A stretch of 52,535 nucleotides of DNA from Patescibacteria group bacterium (GCA_020148145.1 JAHCRE010000019.1:1-52535); one strand, 5' to 3'. Shown: positions 24,771 to 32,904, counted from the stretch's first letter. Translations and numbers: made by a program. The notes: generated by a model from the letters alone, not told the origin.

Positions 24771-24794
24771 TGCCCAAAAAATATGGGCATTTTT
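24771..24794. terminator. Bidirectional terminator between convergent genes
   Basis: TGCCCA-AAAAATA-TGGGCA flanked by T and A runs on both sides. Confidence 0.6.
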
Positions 24795-25944
24795 ATTTTA
24801 AATAGTAAAATATTTGAGAAACTGCTCCGAGAATAAAAACAAATATTAAGAAATAAATTAAAATTGAGGGCGCTTTTAAACTATATTCTGGCTTTCTCTC
24901 ACCGAGTTTTTTAATTTTTTTGAAAATCAAAGTAATTACTACTCCTTCAATTACCCCCAGAATTGTCCCAACAAAACCAATAACTTCAATAAAACCTCGA
25001 AGGCCAATTAAAAATAAAATTAGTGGTAAGCCAGAGGAAACGATAGCAGATAAAGTTTTTGGCAGACGATAATCGTAAATTAGAGTATTTTTTAAGTAAA
25101 GACAAATTACCAAAAATGAGTCGGCCAAGGTTATTACTCCAAATAATGCTCCCAAAAAGATGATTTTTGGACCCAAGAAAGGAACTAGACCTGAGAAGGC
25201 TTCAGGAGAAGTGTTTTTCCCACTTACTCCAACTACTGCTAAAGAAAAAAGGAGATATAAAATAACCACGATTACAGTAGTTAGAATAATTATTTTTTTA
25301 AAGACCTTCCTTTCCTTAGGGCTTTTTAAAATATCTCCCATTTCTGGTATGGCCACCCATCCTCCTAAGGCAAACAAAATTACTCCATAGGGTAAAAAAA
25401 CATGTCTAAAATTAATTAAATTGAAATTTTGGAGATTAATCTTTGGCAAAAGGAAACAAAAAACAAGAAAAATAATCAAAAAGAAGGCAGAATTCGTAAG
25501 AATTTCAGTTGGAGCAATCAGTTTTAATCCTCGAAAAATAAAATAAGATAAAATTACCCAAAAAATTAAACTAAAATAAAAAGAAGATAAATTAAGTAAA
25601 GGAGAAAATATTATTTTCAAAAACTCCCCCCCAAGAATAAGGTAGGCCAAAAGAGTACCGGTCAATCCTAAGATCGTCGAGATAGTAATTAAAATTTTTC
25701 CTCCCTTTCCTAAATATTTTTGGGAGTAACCAACGAATCTATGTTTTTCCTTTGTTCTTAGAACAATTTCGCCAAAGAAGAGGTGCAAAAAAGTTACTGA
25801 TAAACCTAAAATTAGAAAATAAAAAAAGCCGGGAATTATCCCGCTTTGGGCAATGACATAGGGGATTCCAAAAATACCTGCCCCAATTATTGTTCCAATT
25901 AAAATTGCTAAGGCGAAAAGAAATTTTTTATTTAAAAAAATCAT
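24793..25944 (-). CDS. Amino acid permease/transporter family membrane protein
   Basis: About 11 TM helices. IGTIIGAGIFGIPYV N-terminal motif, typical of amino acid transporters. Confidence 0.55.
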   Translation of the reverse strand: MIFLNKKFLFALAILIGTIIGAGIFGIPYVIAQSGIIPGFFYFLILGLSVTFLHLFFGEIVLRTKEKHRFVGYSQKYLGKGGKILITISTILGLTGTLLAYLILGGEFLKIIFSPLLNLSSFYFSLIFWVILSYFIFRGLKLIAPTEILTNSAFFLIIFLVFCFLLPKINLQNFNLINFRHVFLPYGVILFALGGWVAIPEMGDILKSPKERKVFKKIIILTTVIVVILYLLFSLAVVGVSGKNTSPEAFSGLVPFLGPKIIFLGALFGVITLADSFLVICLYLKNTLIYDYRLPKTLSAIVSSGLPLILFLIGLRGFIEVIGFVGTILGVIEGVVITLIFKKIKKLGERKPEYSLKAPSILIYFLIFVFILGAVSQIFYYLK

Positions 25945-25954
25945 TTCTTAGGAA

Positions 25955-26416
25955 TTACTCAGAATCTCTGCTATTAAAAATTTTCTTTTCCACTATTCTT
26001 AAACCAGCTAAAATTAAAATGGTTAAAAAAGTAGCAAAAATGGCTGGAAAATAAAGCCTTGTACCAACGGCTACTCCAATAGCAGCTGTTATCCAAAGAC
26101 CGGCAGCAGTAGTTAAACCCTCAATATGAAGTTGGCGATAGATAATTAATCCTGCTCCTAAAAAACCAACTCCTAAGACTACTTGGCCAATTACCCTAGA
26201 GGGGTCGAAATTAATCCCTGGCTTTCCAGCAAAAAGATTAAGAGCCTCAAAAGAAATTATGGTAAATAAGGCTGCTCCTAAAGAAACTAGGGCATATGTC
26301 CTTAAACCAGCTTCTTTTTTCTTATATTCTCGTTCCAAACCAACCAATCCTCCTAAAAGAGCGGCTAGGATTAGCTGGAAAATAATTCGAATTTGAGGAC
26401 TAACAAAAAACTTCAT
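25955..26416 (-). CDS. MgtC/SapB family membrane protein
   Basis: LLGGLVGLEREYKKKEAGLRTYALVSLGAALF and HIEGLTTAAGLWITAAIGVAVG. Confidence 0.8.
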   Translation of the reverse strand: MKFFVSPQIRIIFQLILAALLGGLVGLEREYKKKEAGLRTYALVSLGAALFTIISFEALNLFAGKPGINFDPSRVIGQVVLGVGFLGAGLIIYRQLHIEGLTTAAGLWITAAIGVAVGTRLYFPAIFATFLTILILAGLRIVEKKIFNSRDSE

Positions 26417-26532
26417 CTTCTTTCATCGCCTTAAAGGCGGTTCAATCTCAAAACTTAAATCTTAAAAATCAAGACTAAAAGATTAAGAATTTGAGATTAT
26501 AATTTATAACGAGCTTCGCTCGATATATGCTT

Positions 26533-26838
26533 TTAGAGCTTATAAACTTTGTAGCCTTCTCGGACTTTTTGATCGACCTTGAGGCCAATAGAGTCGCCGG
26601 CCTTAGCCTCCTCTACTTTCTCGTGTTCAATCTCCATTGACCCTACTGCCTGAGTGAAATCGGTTACCCCCCCAACAATTCTAATAGATTCTCCTGCTCT
26701 TAAGGGGTCAGTGAGCTCAATCACTGCCACTCCTATTTTCGAAAAATAGTGAGTAACTTTCCCCACTAATTTCCCTTCTTCTGGCCGCCCTTGGCGAGCC
26801 TCGCCTTCGGCGGGAACTTGGGGTTTTTCATTTGGCAT
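26533..26838 (-). CDS. Translation elongation factor-like beta-barrel protein (EF-Tu domain 2-like)
   Basis: GKVTHYFSKIGVAVIELTDPLRAGESIRI..GDSIGLKV..REGYKVY. The N-terminal 24 codons are encoded by a GC-rich element. An alternative GTG start at 26766 follows GAAGGG. Confidence 0.6.
   Translation of the reverse strand: MPNEKPQVPAEGEARQGRPEEGKLVGKVTHYFSKIGVAVIELTDPLRAGESIRIVGGVTDFTQAVGSMEIEHEKVEEAKAGDSIGLKVDQKVREGYKVYKL
26783..26814. repeat. GC-rich hairpin element at the 5' end of the EF-like gene
   Basis: GGCCGCCCTTGGCGAGCCTCGCCTTCGGCGGG. Outer stem CCGCC/GGCGG, inner stem GGCG/CGCC. Homologous to the copy at 41667-41705. Confidence 0.6.
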
Positions 26839-26860
26839 AACTTTTCTTTTTAAAATAATT

Positions 26861-27460
26861 TTATTTTTCCGACCTTTTTAAATGAGTTTTTTCTTTTTTT
26901 ATTAAATTAATTAATTTTTTTACTAATTTTTTGGGGTTTTCATCATAAATAATTTTTTTTACTCCTCGATAGGGACCTGTAGCAATAATTCTTATTTTAT
27001 CAGCGGTTCCAGCTGAACCTTCTAATACTCCGATTGGTTTTTGGATTTCAAAAGCAGTGGCAAATTCATGCAAGGTTCCCATCCGACCACAGATAATAAT
27101 TACTCCGTCTACTGACTTTGTCATGATTACGTTTCTGCCCACATAATCAGCCCCGGTATAAATCACGACATTAAATGGATCTAGGGGTAGTTTATATTTT
27201 TTTAAATGGGCAGCTTCAGAGGTTGCTGGAGAAAAACCAACACTAAATCCACCGGTTTCTTTACAGCCCAGGGCGGCAAAATAAGGAACTCCGGTTGTGG
27301 CTCCAGTGACCAAAACACATTTTCGGCGAGCGATCTCTCGACCAATCTCTTTAGATAATCCTTCAACCCCTTTTGCGCAGTGACCAATCTGGGCTGCACC
27401 TGAAACTGCAATTTTATATTTTGAGCGATAGCGAGAAATATCCCTAGAGGTATATCTCAT
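26861..27460 (-). CDS. TIGR00725/LOG-like (SLOG) Rossmann-fold protein
   Basis: IAVSGAA..LVTGATTGVPYFAALG..GGFSVGFSP..GRMGTLHEF. The minus-strand TGTTATAAT ends 8 nt before the ATG, a leaderless layout. Confidence 0.6.
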   Translation of the reverse strand: MRYTSRDISRYRSKYKIAVSGAAQIGHCAKGVEGLSKEIGREIARRKCVLVTGATTGVPYFAALGCKETGGFSVGFSPATSEAAHLKKYKLPLDPFNVVIYTGADYVGRNVIMTKSVDGVIIICGRMGTLHEFATAFEIQKPIGVLEGSAGTADKIRIIATGPYRGVKKIIYDENPKKLVKKLINLIKKEKTHLKRSEK

Positions 27461-27498
27461 ACATTTTTATTATAACAAAAATTTGTCAAACTAAAAAT

Positions 27499-27723
27499 GG
27501 GTGACAATCACCCAGCTTTACCTCGTTAGAGAATTATAGAAGTATACTGCCCAAACTAAAAACCGCTAGAAAACTTCTCTAACGGGGTTTAGTGAGGGGG
27601 GAACGGACTTAACAATTTTAGTTTAATCTTCAAAGCCTGGCTGGACATTAGCCAAGGAAGCTTCTTTGACCTCTACTATTAAATACCGCTTGTCCCTAGA
27701 GGATATTACCTCGCACCCCCTCA
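27499..27723. ncRNA. Candidate structured RNA of unknown class (strand undetermined)
   Basis: A 290-nt non-coding gap with nested helices. These are GGGTGA/TCACCC (27499-27513), a 14-bp helix 27520-27533 with 27575-27588, an 8-bp GC helix 27593-27600 with 27716-27723, and two internal hairpins (27637-27658, 27670-27702). Confidence 0.3.
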
Positions 27724-27753
27724 ATTTTTATCGTAGTTTTCCAAAAATTTTTG

Positions 27754-28533
27754 TCAAGACCTTTTTCCACTATTTTTTAGAAAATGCCTTAACCACCTTA
27801 CTGTCTCTTTAATCAGCTTCTTTTGTGAATAGTAATCTTCAAATTTGTGATCGGCTTTTGGAAGGATAATTAATTTTATATTCTTGTATTTTTGGGCTAA
27901 TTGTCTTGAGAACCTTATCGGAACTGTCTCATCTTTTTGGCCATGAACAATCAAGATAGGAACCTGAATTTGAGAAAACAAAGGGGTGTAATCTTTCTTT
28001 TCGTTCTCTTTTAGATAACTTATCCCAAATTTTTTGTCTTTTCTAATAAAGTATCCTTGTCTCCTCCATTTCTTTAAATCATTTTTAGTATTCCATATAG
28101 GAAAAAGGGCTTTTTGGTTGAATCCTGGAGCCCAAAAAACTAAAGTTTTTATTGGAAATTTACTTTGTTTAATGAAAAAGGCTGCAATAAGGCATCCCAA
28201 GCTATGCCCTAAAAAAACTATTTTGTTTTTATTAATATTTTTTTGTTTTAAGATTAAATTTATTACTGTTTCTAAATCTGAAACTTGTTTTCTAACTGTG
28301 GTTTTTTCGAGTTTTCCTTCTGAATCTCCGCATCCCTCAAAATCAAATCGAAAGGTGGCAATTTTATTTTTCTCCAAATCTCTGGCTAATCTCACAAACT
28401 CTCTTCTTGTTTTATCTCCGCCAAATCCATGACAAATTACAATCAAAGGGAACTTCTTCTTTCCTTCCGGTAGATGCAAAATCCCCATTAACTGCTTTCC
28501 TCTTTTATTTTTAAAAACAATTGGTTTTTCCAT
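27754..28533 (-). CDS. Alpha/beta hydrolase
   Basis: HGFGGDK, nucleophile elbow GHSLGC, late HGQKDETVP and DHKF motifs. Confidence 0.75.
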   Translation of the reverse strand: MEKPIVFKNKRGKQLMGILHLPEGKKKFPLIVICHGFGGDKTRREFVRLARDLEKNKIATFRFDFEGCGDSEGKLEKTTVRKQVSDLETVINLILKQKNINKNKIVFLGHSLGCLIAAFFIKQSKFPIKTLVFWAPGFNQKALFPIWNTKNDLKKWRRQGYFIRKDKKFGISYLKENEKKDYTPLFSQIQVPILIVHGQKDETVPIRFSRQLAQKYKNIKLIILPKADHKFEDYYSQKKLIKETVRWLRHFLKNSGKRS

Positions 28534-28538
28534 AAATT

Positions 28539-29273
28539 TTATTTTTCTACTTTAAAAAGAAGAAAAATTGGGGCTCCAATTCTTTTTCTGTGTTTTTTGC
28601 TAAGTTTCCCTACTTCTTTACTTACTAGTATATCTTTCATTTCTATTATTTTTAAACCATTTTTCACTATTTCATTTACATAGAGAGAAATTGGTTTTCT
28701 ATAAACGACAAAAGATTTCTCAAATCCCTTAATTGCGCTCGAATGGATTGGCTCTACTTTTGGATATCTTTTTAAATTCTCTAAAGAAGAACTATTCCTT
28801 GTTTCCGTAGCACTTAGGAATAAATGATACAGGGGATGCGTTATTGAAATTATCAGTCTTCCTCCTTTCTTTAAAACTCTTGCCATTTCTTTTATAGACG
28901 TAGATATATCTTTAATCTCCTGGAGAACATTATAACTTACAATTATATCAAAAAAATTATTCTTAAAATTTAACTTTTTTGTTAGATCTATTTGATGAAA
29001 TTCCACTTTTTTTGATTTAATTCTTTTCTTAGCGTAATCTAAAAGCCACTTTGAAATATCAATTCCTATAATTTTTTTAGGATTTTTTTTAAGAAGATTT
29101 GGGATAAAAAATCCATCTCCACAACCAGCTTCAAGCACAATTTTTCCTTTTAAATCTCCAATAGCCTTTTCCATAACTTTATTCATTAAGTAAACCCTAG
29201 GAATATCAGTATAAGTTGTTAGATGTTTGTGCCAGGTTTCTGCGAATTTTTTTGATTTATAAAGGTGTTGCAT
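28539..29273 (-). CDS. Class I SAM-dependent methyltransferase
   Basis: VLEAGCGDGFF motif I and LKKGGRLIIS. Confidence 0.75.
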   Translation of the reverse strand: MQHLYKSKKFAETWHKHLTTYTDIPRVYLMNKVMEKAIGDLKGKIVLEAGCGDGFFIPNLLKKNPKKIIGIDISKWLLDYAKKRIKSKKVEFHQIDLTKKLNFKNNFFDIIVSYNVLQEIKDISTSIKEMARVLKKGGRLIISITHPLYHLFLSATETRNSSSLENLKRYPKVEPIHSSAIKGFEKSFVVYRKPISLYVNEIVKNGLKIIEMKDILVSKEVGKLSKKHRKRIGAPIFLLFKVEK

Positions 29274-29314
29274 GAAATACCTTTAAATTTTGAAAGTAAT
29301 AAACTTAATATTAA

Positions 29315-29386
29315 TGCCCTTGAGAGGAATCGAACCCCTATCTCAAGCTCCGGAGGCTCGCGTTCTATCCGTTGAACTACAAGGGC
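29315..29386 (-). tRNA. tRNA-Arg (anticodon CCG)
   Basis: 72-nt cloverleaf folded by hand. Acceptor GCCCTTG/CAAGGGC, D stem GTTC/GAAC, anticodon stem CGAGC/GCTTG with loop CTCCGGA, T arm AGGGG-TTCGATT-CCTCT, discriminator A. No encoded CCA. Confidence 0.9.
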
Positions 29387-29387
29387 T

Positions 29388-30089
29388 TTATTTCTCAGCT
29401 ATGATATAAAAATTAGAGTTTTTTCTTTTTTTTAGGGGAACCGTTATAATTCCACTTTCTTTTATCTTAAACTTTCCCTTTTTTACTAAATCTTCTAACC
29501 CTCTCTTTCTGAAACAATGGAAATAAAAATCTCTCATTCCCATCCCGGAAATTAAGATATCATAAAAATCTAGTTTTGATCTTCCAATAATTTTTAATAA
29601 AATCGATTTGTAAATTTTTTTTCTAAAAGATGGTTTTCGCCACAAATCCCAAACTGTTAGAATCAAAAGACCCCCTGGCTTTAAAACTCTTCTTGCTTCT
29701 TTTAAAAATTGAAGTCGAAATTCTTCTGAAGGAATATGATGTAAAACAGCAATACTGTAAATTTTATCAAAAAAATTATCAGGGAAAGGTAAATTTAAGA
29801 CATCGGCTACTTGAAATCTGGCTTTGGGGTATCTCTTTTTAGCTATCTCGATTAGTTTTTCAGAATTATCAATACCAATATAATCTATTTTCTTATCTCT
29901 TAGAAATTCAAATAATCTGCCATTTCCACATCCTAAATCTAAAATTTTCTCCCCTGCTATTACATAATCATCCACTAAAAACCTTACTTCTTCCCACATT
30001 TTAAATCTAACTCTTGAAAAGTCCTCGGCAATTAGGTTATAATCTTCTTTAGTCTTCTCTAATATATATTCGGCGTAACTCCTTTCCAT
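29388..30089 (-). CDS. Trm9-like class I SAM methyltransferase (candidate tRNA wobble-uridine carboxymethyl ester methyltransferase)
   Basis: IAEDFSRVRFKMWEEVRFL..ILDLGCGNGR..AVLHHIP..LKPGGLLILTVW. The pattern matches what I remember of Trm9/ALKBH8 methyltransferase domains. Divergent neighbour of Elp3. Confidence 0.55.
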   Translation of the reverse strand: MERSYAEYILEKTKEDYNLIAEDFSRVRFKMWEEVRFLVDDYVIAGEKILDLGCGNGRLFEFLRDKKIDYIGIDNSEKLIEIAKKRYPKARFQVADVLNLPFPDNFFDKIYSIAVLHHIPSEEFRLQFLKEARRVLKPGGLLILTVWDLWRKPSFRKKIYKSILLKIIGRSKLDFYDILISGMGMRDFYFHCFRKRGLEDLVKKGKFKIKESGIITVPLKKRKNSNFYIIAEK

Positions 30090-31743
30090 GGTAAAAATTT
30101 GGGAATCTACCCCGAAGGAATCTCTTCGAGATCCTACGGGGCAGGCAATTAAAGAACTAATTAAAAACCGGGTAAAAACTCAGGTTGGTTTAGCTAAGAT
30201 TAAAAGGAAAATAGCAAAAAAATACAAAATCCCTTTGCCTTCAAATATTGAACTCTTAAAAGCATATCATAATCTAATTAAAAAGAAAAGTATAAAAAAA
30301 TCTGAAAATTTAGAAAATCTTTTAAAAAAAAGAAAAATTAGAAGTCTATCTGGGGTAGTTGTGGTTTCGGTTTTAACAAAACCTTATCCCTGTCCCGGAA
30401 AATGTATCTATTGCCCTTCAGAGAAAGGTCTTCCAAAAAGCTATTTATCAGGGGAGCCGGCAGTGGAAAGGGCAAAAAAGCTAAAATTTGATCCCTATTT
30501 ACAATCTCAAAAGAGAATTGAAAGTTTAAAAAGACAAGGCCATCCTACTGACAAAATCGAACTAAGAATAATCGGAGCAACTTTTTCTGTTTATCCAAAA
30601 AAATATAAAATCTGGTTCATATCTAATTGTTTTGCAGCAGCAAATAAAAGAAAAGGAGTTTCCAAAAAAGAGGTTAGCTGGAAAATACTGGAAAAACAAC
30701 AAAAAATAAATGAAAAAGCAAAACAAAGGATTATTGGAATAAGTATTGAGACCAGGCCGGATTTAATTAACAAAAATGAGATTTTAAATTTAAGAAAACT
30801 AGGAGTAACAATGGTCGAAATCGGAGTTCAGACAATTTTTGATGATATTTTAGAAAAATGTAAAAGAGGCCACGGAGTCAAAGAAACAGTTTTAACTACA
30901 AAAATTTTAAAAGATGCTGGCTTCAAAGTAATGTATCAAATGATGCCGAATTTGCCTGGCTCTGATTTAAAAAGGGATTTGAAATGTTTTGAAGAAATCT
31001 TTAAAAACAAAAGTTTTAAACCAGATTGGTTAAAAATTTATCCTTGTGTAGTCTGTAAAGAATCTAAACTCTATCAAATCTGGAAAAAAAGAAAATACAA
31101 GACCTATTCTGATGAGAAATTAATTGAACTTTTAATTAAAATAAAAAAAACCTTACCTTATTGGGTAAGAGTAGCGAGGCTTTTTAGAGATATTCCAATT
31201 CCAAAAATTAAAGGGGGTTGTAAAATTTCTAATTTGAGAGAAGTTGTTCAGCAAAAAATGAAAGAAAAAGGAGAAAGCTGTTGTTGTATTAGATGCAGGG
31301 AGGTCAGAGGAGATTATAATCCAAAAGAAAAATTTTATTTATTTAGAGAAAATTATGAAGCGTCTGAAGGAAAAGAAATATTTCTGAGTTATGAAAACAA
31401 AAATAGAGAGAAACTCTTGAGTTTCCTAAGATTAAGAGTTCCCTCCTGCACCCTTCGGGCTTCAGGGGGCAAGCCCTTTCAAAAATATTTCTTACCAGTT
31501 TTAGAAAATTCGGCAATAATTAGAGAGGTTCACACTTATGGCAGGTTAGTTCCAATATCAAAAAGAAAAATAGCTCCTCAACATCGAGGCCTTGGGAAAA
31601 AATTAATCAAAATGGCAGAAAAAATCACCAAAAAAGAGTTTGGATTGAATAAAATTACTGTAATTTCTGGTGTAGGAGTAAGGAATTATTGGCGGAGACT
31701 AGGATATAAATTAAAAAATAACTATATGATAAAAGAGATCTAG
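30088..31743 (+). CDS. Elp3-type tRNA uridine(34) acetyltransferase (radical SAM plus GNAT)
   Basis: PYPCPGKCIYCPSE radical SAM motif, ETRPD, VEIGVQT, C-terminal GNAT HRGLGKKLIKMAEKI. Confidence 0.8.
   Translation: MVKIWESTPKESLRDPTGQAIKELIKNRVKTQVGLAKIKRKIAKKYKIPLPSNIELLKAYHNLIKKKSIKKSENLENLLKKRKIRSLSGVVVVSVLTKPYPCPGKCIYCPSEKGLPKSYLSGEPAVERAKKLKFDPYLQSQKRIESLKRQGHPTDKIELRIIGATFSVYPKKYKIWFISNCFAAANKRKGVSKKEVSWKILEKQQKINEKAKQRIIGISIETRPDLINKNEILNLRKLGVTMVEIGVQTIFDDILEKCKRGHGVKETVLTTKILKDAGFKVMYQMMPNLPGSDLKRDLKCFEEIFKNKSFKPDWLKIYPCVVCKESKLYQIWKKRKYKTYSDEKLIELLIKIKKTLPYWVRVARLFRDIPIPKIKGGCKISNLREVVQQKMKEKGESCCCIRCREVRGDYNPKEKFYLFRENYEASEGKEIFLSYENKNREKLLSFLRLRVPSCTLRASGGKPFQKYFLPVLENSAIIREVHTYGRLVPISKRKIAPQHRGLGKKLIKMAEKITKKEFGLNKITVISGVGVRNYWRRLGYKLKNNYMIKEI
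31441..31477. repeat. GC-rich hairpin patch in frame inside Elp3
   Basis: CCCTCCTGCACCCTTCGGGCTTCAGGGGGCAAGCCCT. Stem GGGCTT/AAGCCC (31457-31462 with 31471-31476). It encodes PSCTLRASGGKP. Confidence 0.5.
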
Positions 31744-31752
31744 GGAGGGCTC

Positions 31753-31780
31753 TTGACAAGGGTCTTTGGTTGAGTAAAAT
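31753..31780 (+). promoter_or_regulatory. Near-consensus sigma70 promoter
   Basis: TTGACA (31753-31758), 16-nt spacer, TAAAAT (31775-31780). It drives a 16-codon ORF (31791-31841) and the terminator at 31841. Confidence 0.6.
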
Positions 31781-31840
31781 GGTTAAAAATATGTGGAAAA
31801 GGCTTAAACCACCAAAACTAAGAGCAAAGGTCGAAATTTA

Positions 31841-31864
31841 ATCGCCCAAAAGGGCGATTTTTTA
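31841..31864 (+). terminator. Rho-independent terminator or attenuator upstream of the AsnRS-like gene
   Basis: ATCGCCC-AAAA-GGGCGAT followed by TTTTTT. The stem starts at the last base of the micro-ORF stop codon. Confidence 0.7.
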
Positions 31865-31886
31865 AAAAATTAAATTTACTGGAATT

Positions 31887-32891
31887 ATGAGAGAAAAAAT
31901 CGCCACAGCTAAATTAGAAAGACTGGTAATAAAATCAATGAGAAACTGGCTAGAAGAAGCTGGTTTTTTTGAAATTTTCCCGCCAAAAATAGTCAGGGCC
32001 TCAGGGGCCTGCGAAAATATCGATACTTTATTTGAAGTAGGAGTAAATGGAAATCTTCATTGGTTTAACCCAAAAAAGCCTCACCGAGCCTATCTCTCCC
32101 AAACTGCCCAGCTTTATCTCGAAGTCTTTGTTCCCTATTTAAAAAGAGTTTACTCAGTTGGTCCGAGTTTTAGGGCCGAAGAAGGGAACGACAACCGCCA
32201 TTTGACTGAGTTTTTGATGCTGGAAATTGAATTCGCTGGAGGCTTCAAAAAACTCTTGGATTGTATTGAAAAGATTATCTATAGAGTAATTGAAGATATT
32301 TTAAACTCACCAGCAAAAATTAAAAAGGAAATTAATCTTAGCAAAAAAACAGTGGAAAGATTAAGAAAAACGAAACCCATCTTTCCAAAAATTACCTATG
32401 ATAAAGCAATTGAGATCTTAGGGCTTCCCTTTGGCAGCGATATCTCCCGGAGAGATGAGCAAAAGTTAATTGGAAAATTCGGCGGCCAGCCACTTTTTAT
32501 TACCCATTTCCCAAATCCTTTATATAATTATGGAAAAGAAATTGAGGTTGAGAAATTTTTCAATATGATACCAGATTCCAGAAATCAAAAACGAGTCCTT
32601 TCAGCTGATTTAATTTTGCCTTTTGGAGGAGAGGTAGTCGGAGCAGCCCAGAGGGTTTATAAATTAGAAGAACTAAAATGGAGATTAGAAAATTCGAAAA
32701 TGTTTGAGAGACTGAAAAAGAAAGGAGGGGAGTTAGATGATTTTAGTTGGTATTTCCAGAAAGTACAAGAAAAAAACCTTCCTCATTCAGGTTGTGGATT
32801 TGGGATAGGAAGGATTCTTAAATTCTTAAGAGAAGAAGAGAATATTAAAAAAGTAATTACTTTTCCTTCAAATCAGGAAAATATAATTTAA
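31887..32891 (+). CDS. Class IIb aminoacyl-tRNA synthetase catalytic-core paralogue (AsnRS/AspRS-like, archaeal-type asparagine synthetase A candidate)
   Basis: Motif 2 SFRAEEGNDNRHLTEFLMLEIE and motif 3 GCGFGIGRILKFL. There is no N-terminal OB anticodon-binding domain. Confidence 0.55.
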   Translation: MREKIATAKLERLVIKSMRNWLEEAGFFEIFPPKIVRASGACENIDTLFEVGVNGNLHWFNPKKPHRAYLSQTAQLYLEVFVPYLKRVYSVGPSFRAEEGNDNRHLTEFLMLEIEFAGGFKKLLDCIEKIIYRVIEDILNSPAKIKKEINLSKKTVERLRKTKPIFPKITYDKAIEILGLPFGSDISRRDEQKLIGKFGGQPLFITHFPNPLYNYGKEIEVEKFFNMIPDSRNQKRVLSADLILPFGGEVVGAAQRVYKLEELKWRLENSKMFERLKKKGGELDDFSWYFQKVQEKNLPHSGCGFGIGRILKFLREEENIKKVITFPSNQENII

Positions 32892-32904
32892 AAAGAGACG
32901 TTTC

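Noticed and set aside
26447-26505. Long A/T-rich hairpin (ATCTCAAA..TTTGAGAT with inner CTTAAATCTT/AAGATTAAG) upstream of mgtC as a Mg-responsive leader or riboswitch
   Set aside because: It bears no resemblance to the M-box or to the mgtCBR leader features I know. It can be explained as the terminator of the upstream EF-like gene. It is noted but not called.
27499-27723. Assignment of the structured gap to SRP RNA, RNase P RNA, tmRNA or 6S RNA
   Set aside because: AGCCAAGGAAGC superficially recalls the SRP helix-8 3' side. There is, however, no GNAR tetraloop hairpin with the matching 5' AGG..C side. There is no GAGGAAAGUCC (RNase P). There is no tRNA-like end or tag ORF (tmRNA). The two-domain fold does not match the single long bubble-helix of 6S RNA. 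It is left unclassified.
9221-31864. The two ATCGCC..GGCGAT terminators (9221-9242 and 31841-31864) as members of a repeat family
   Set aside because: The shared part is only a 6-7 bp stem plus flanking A/T runs, which is compatible with chance among intrinsic terminators. Only two copies were seen.
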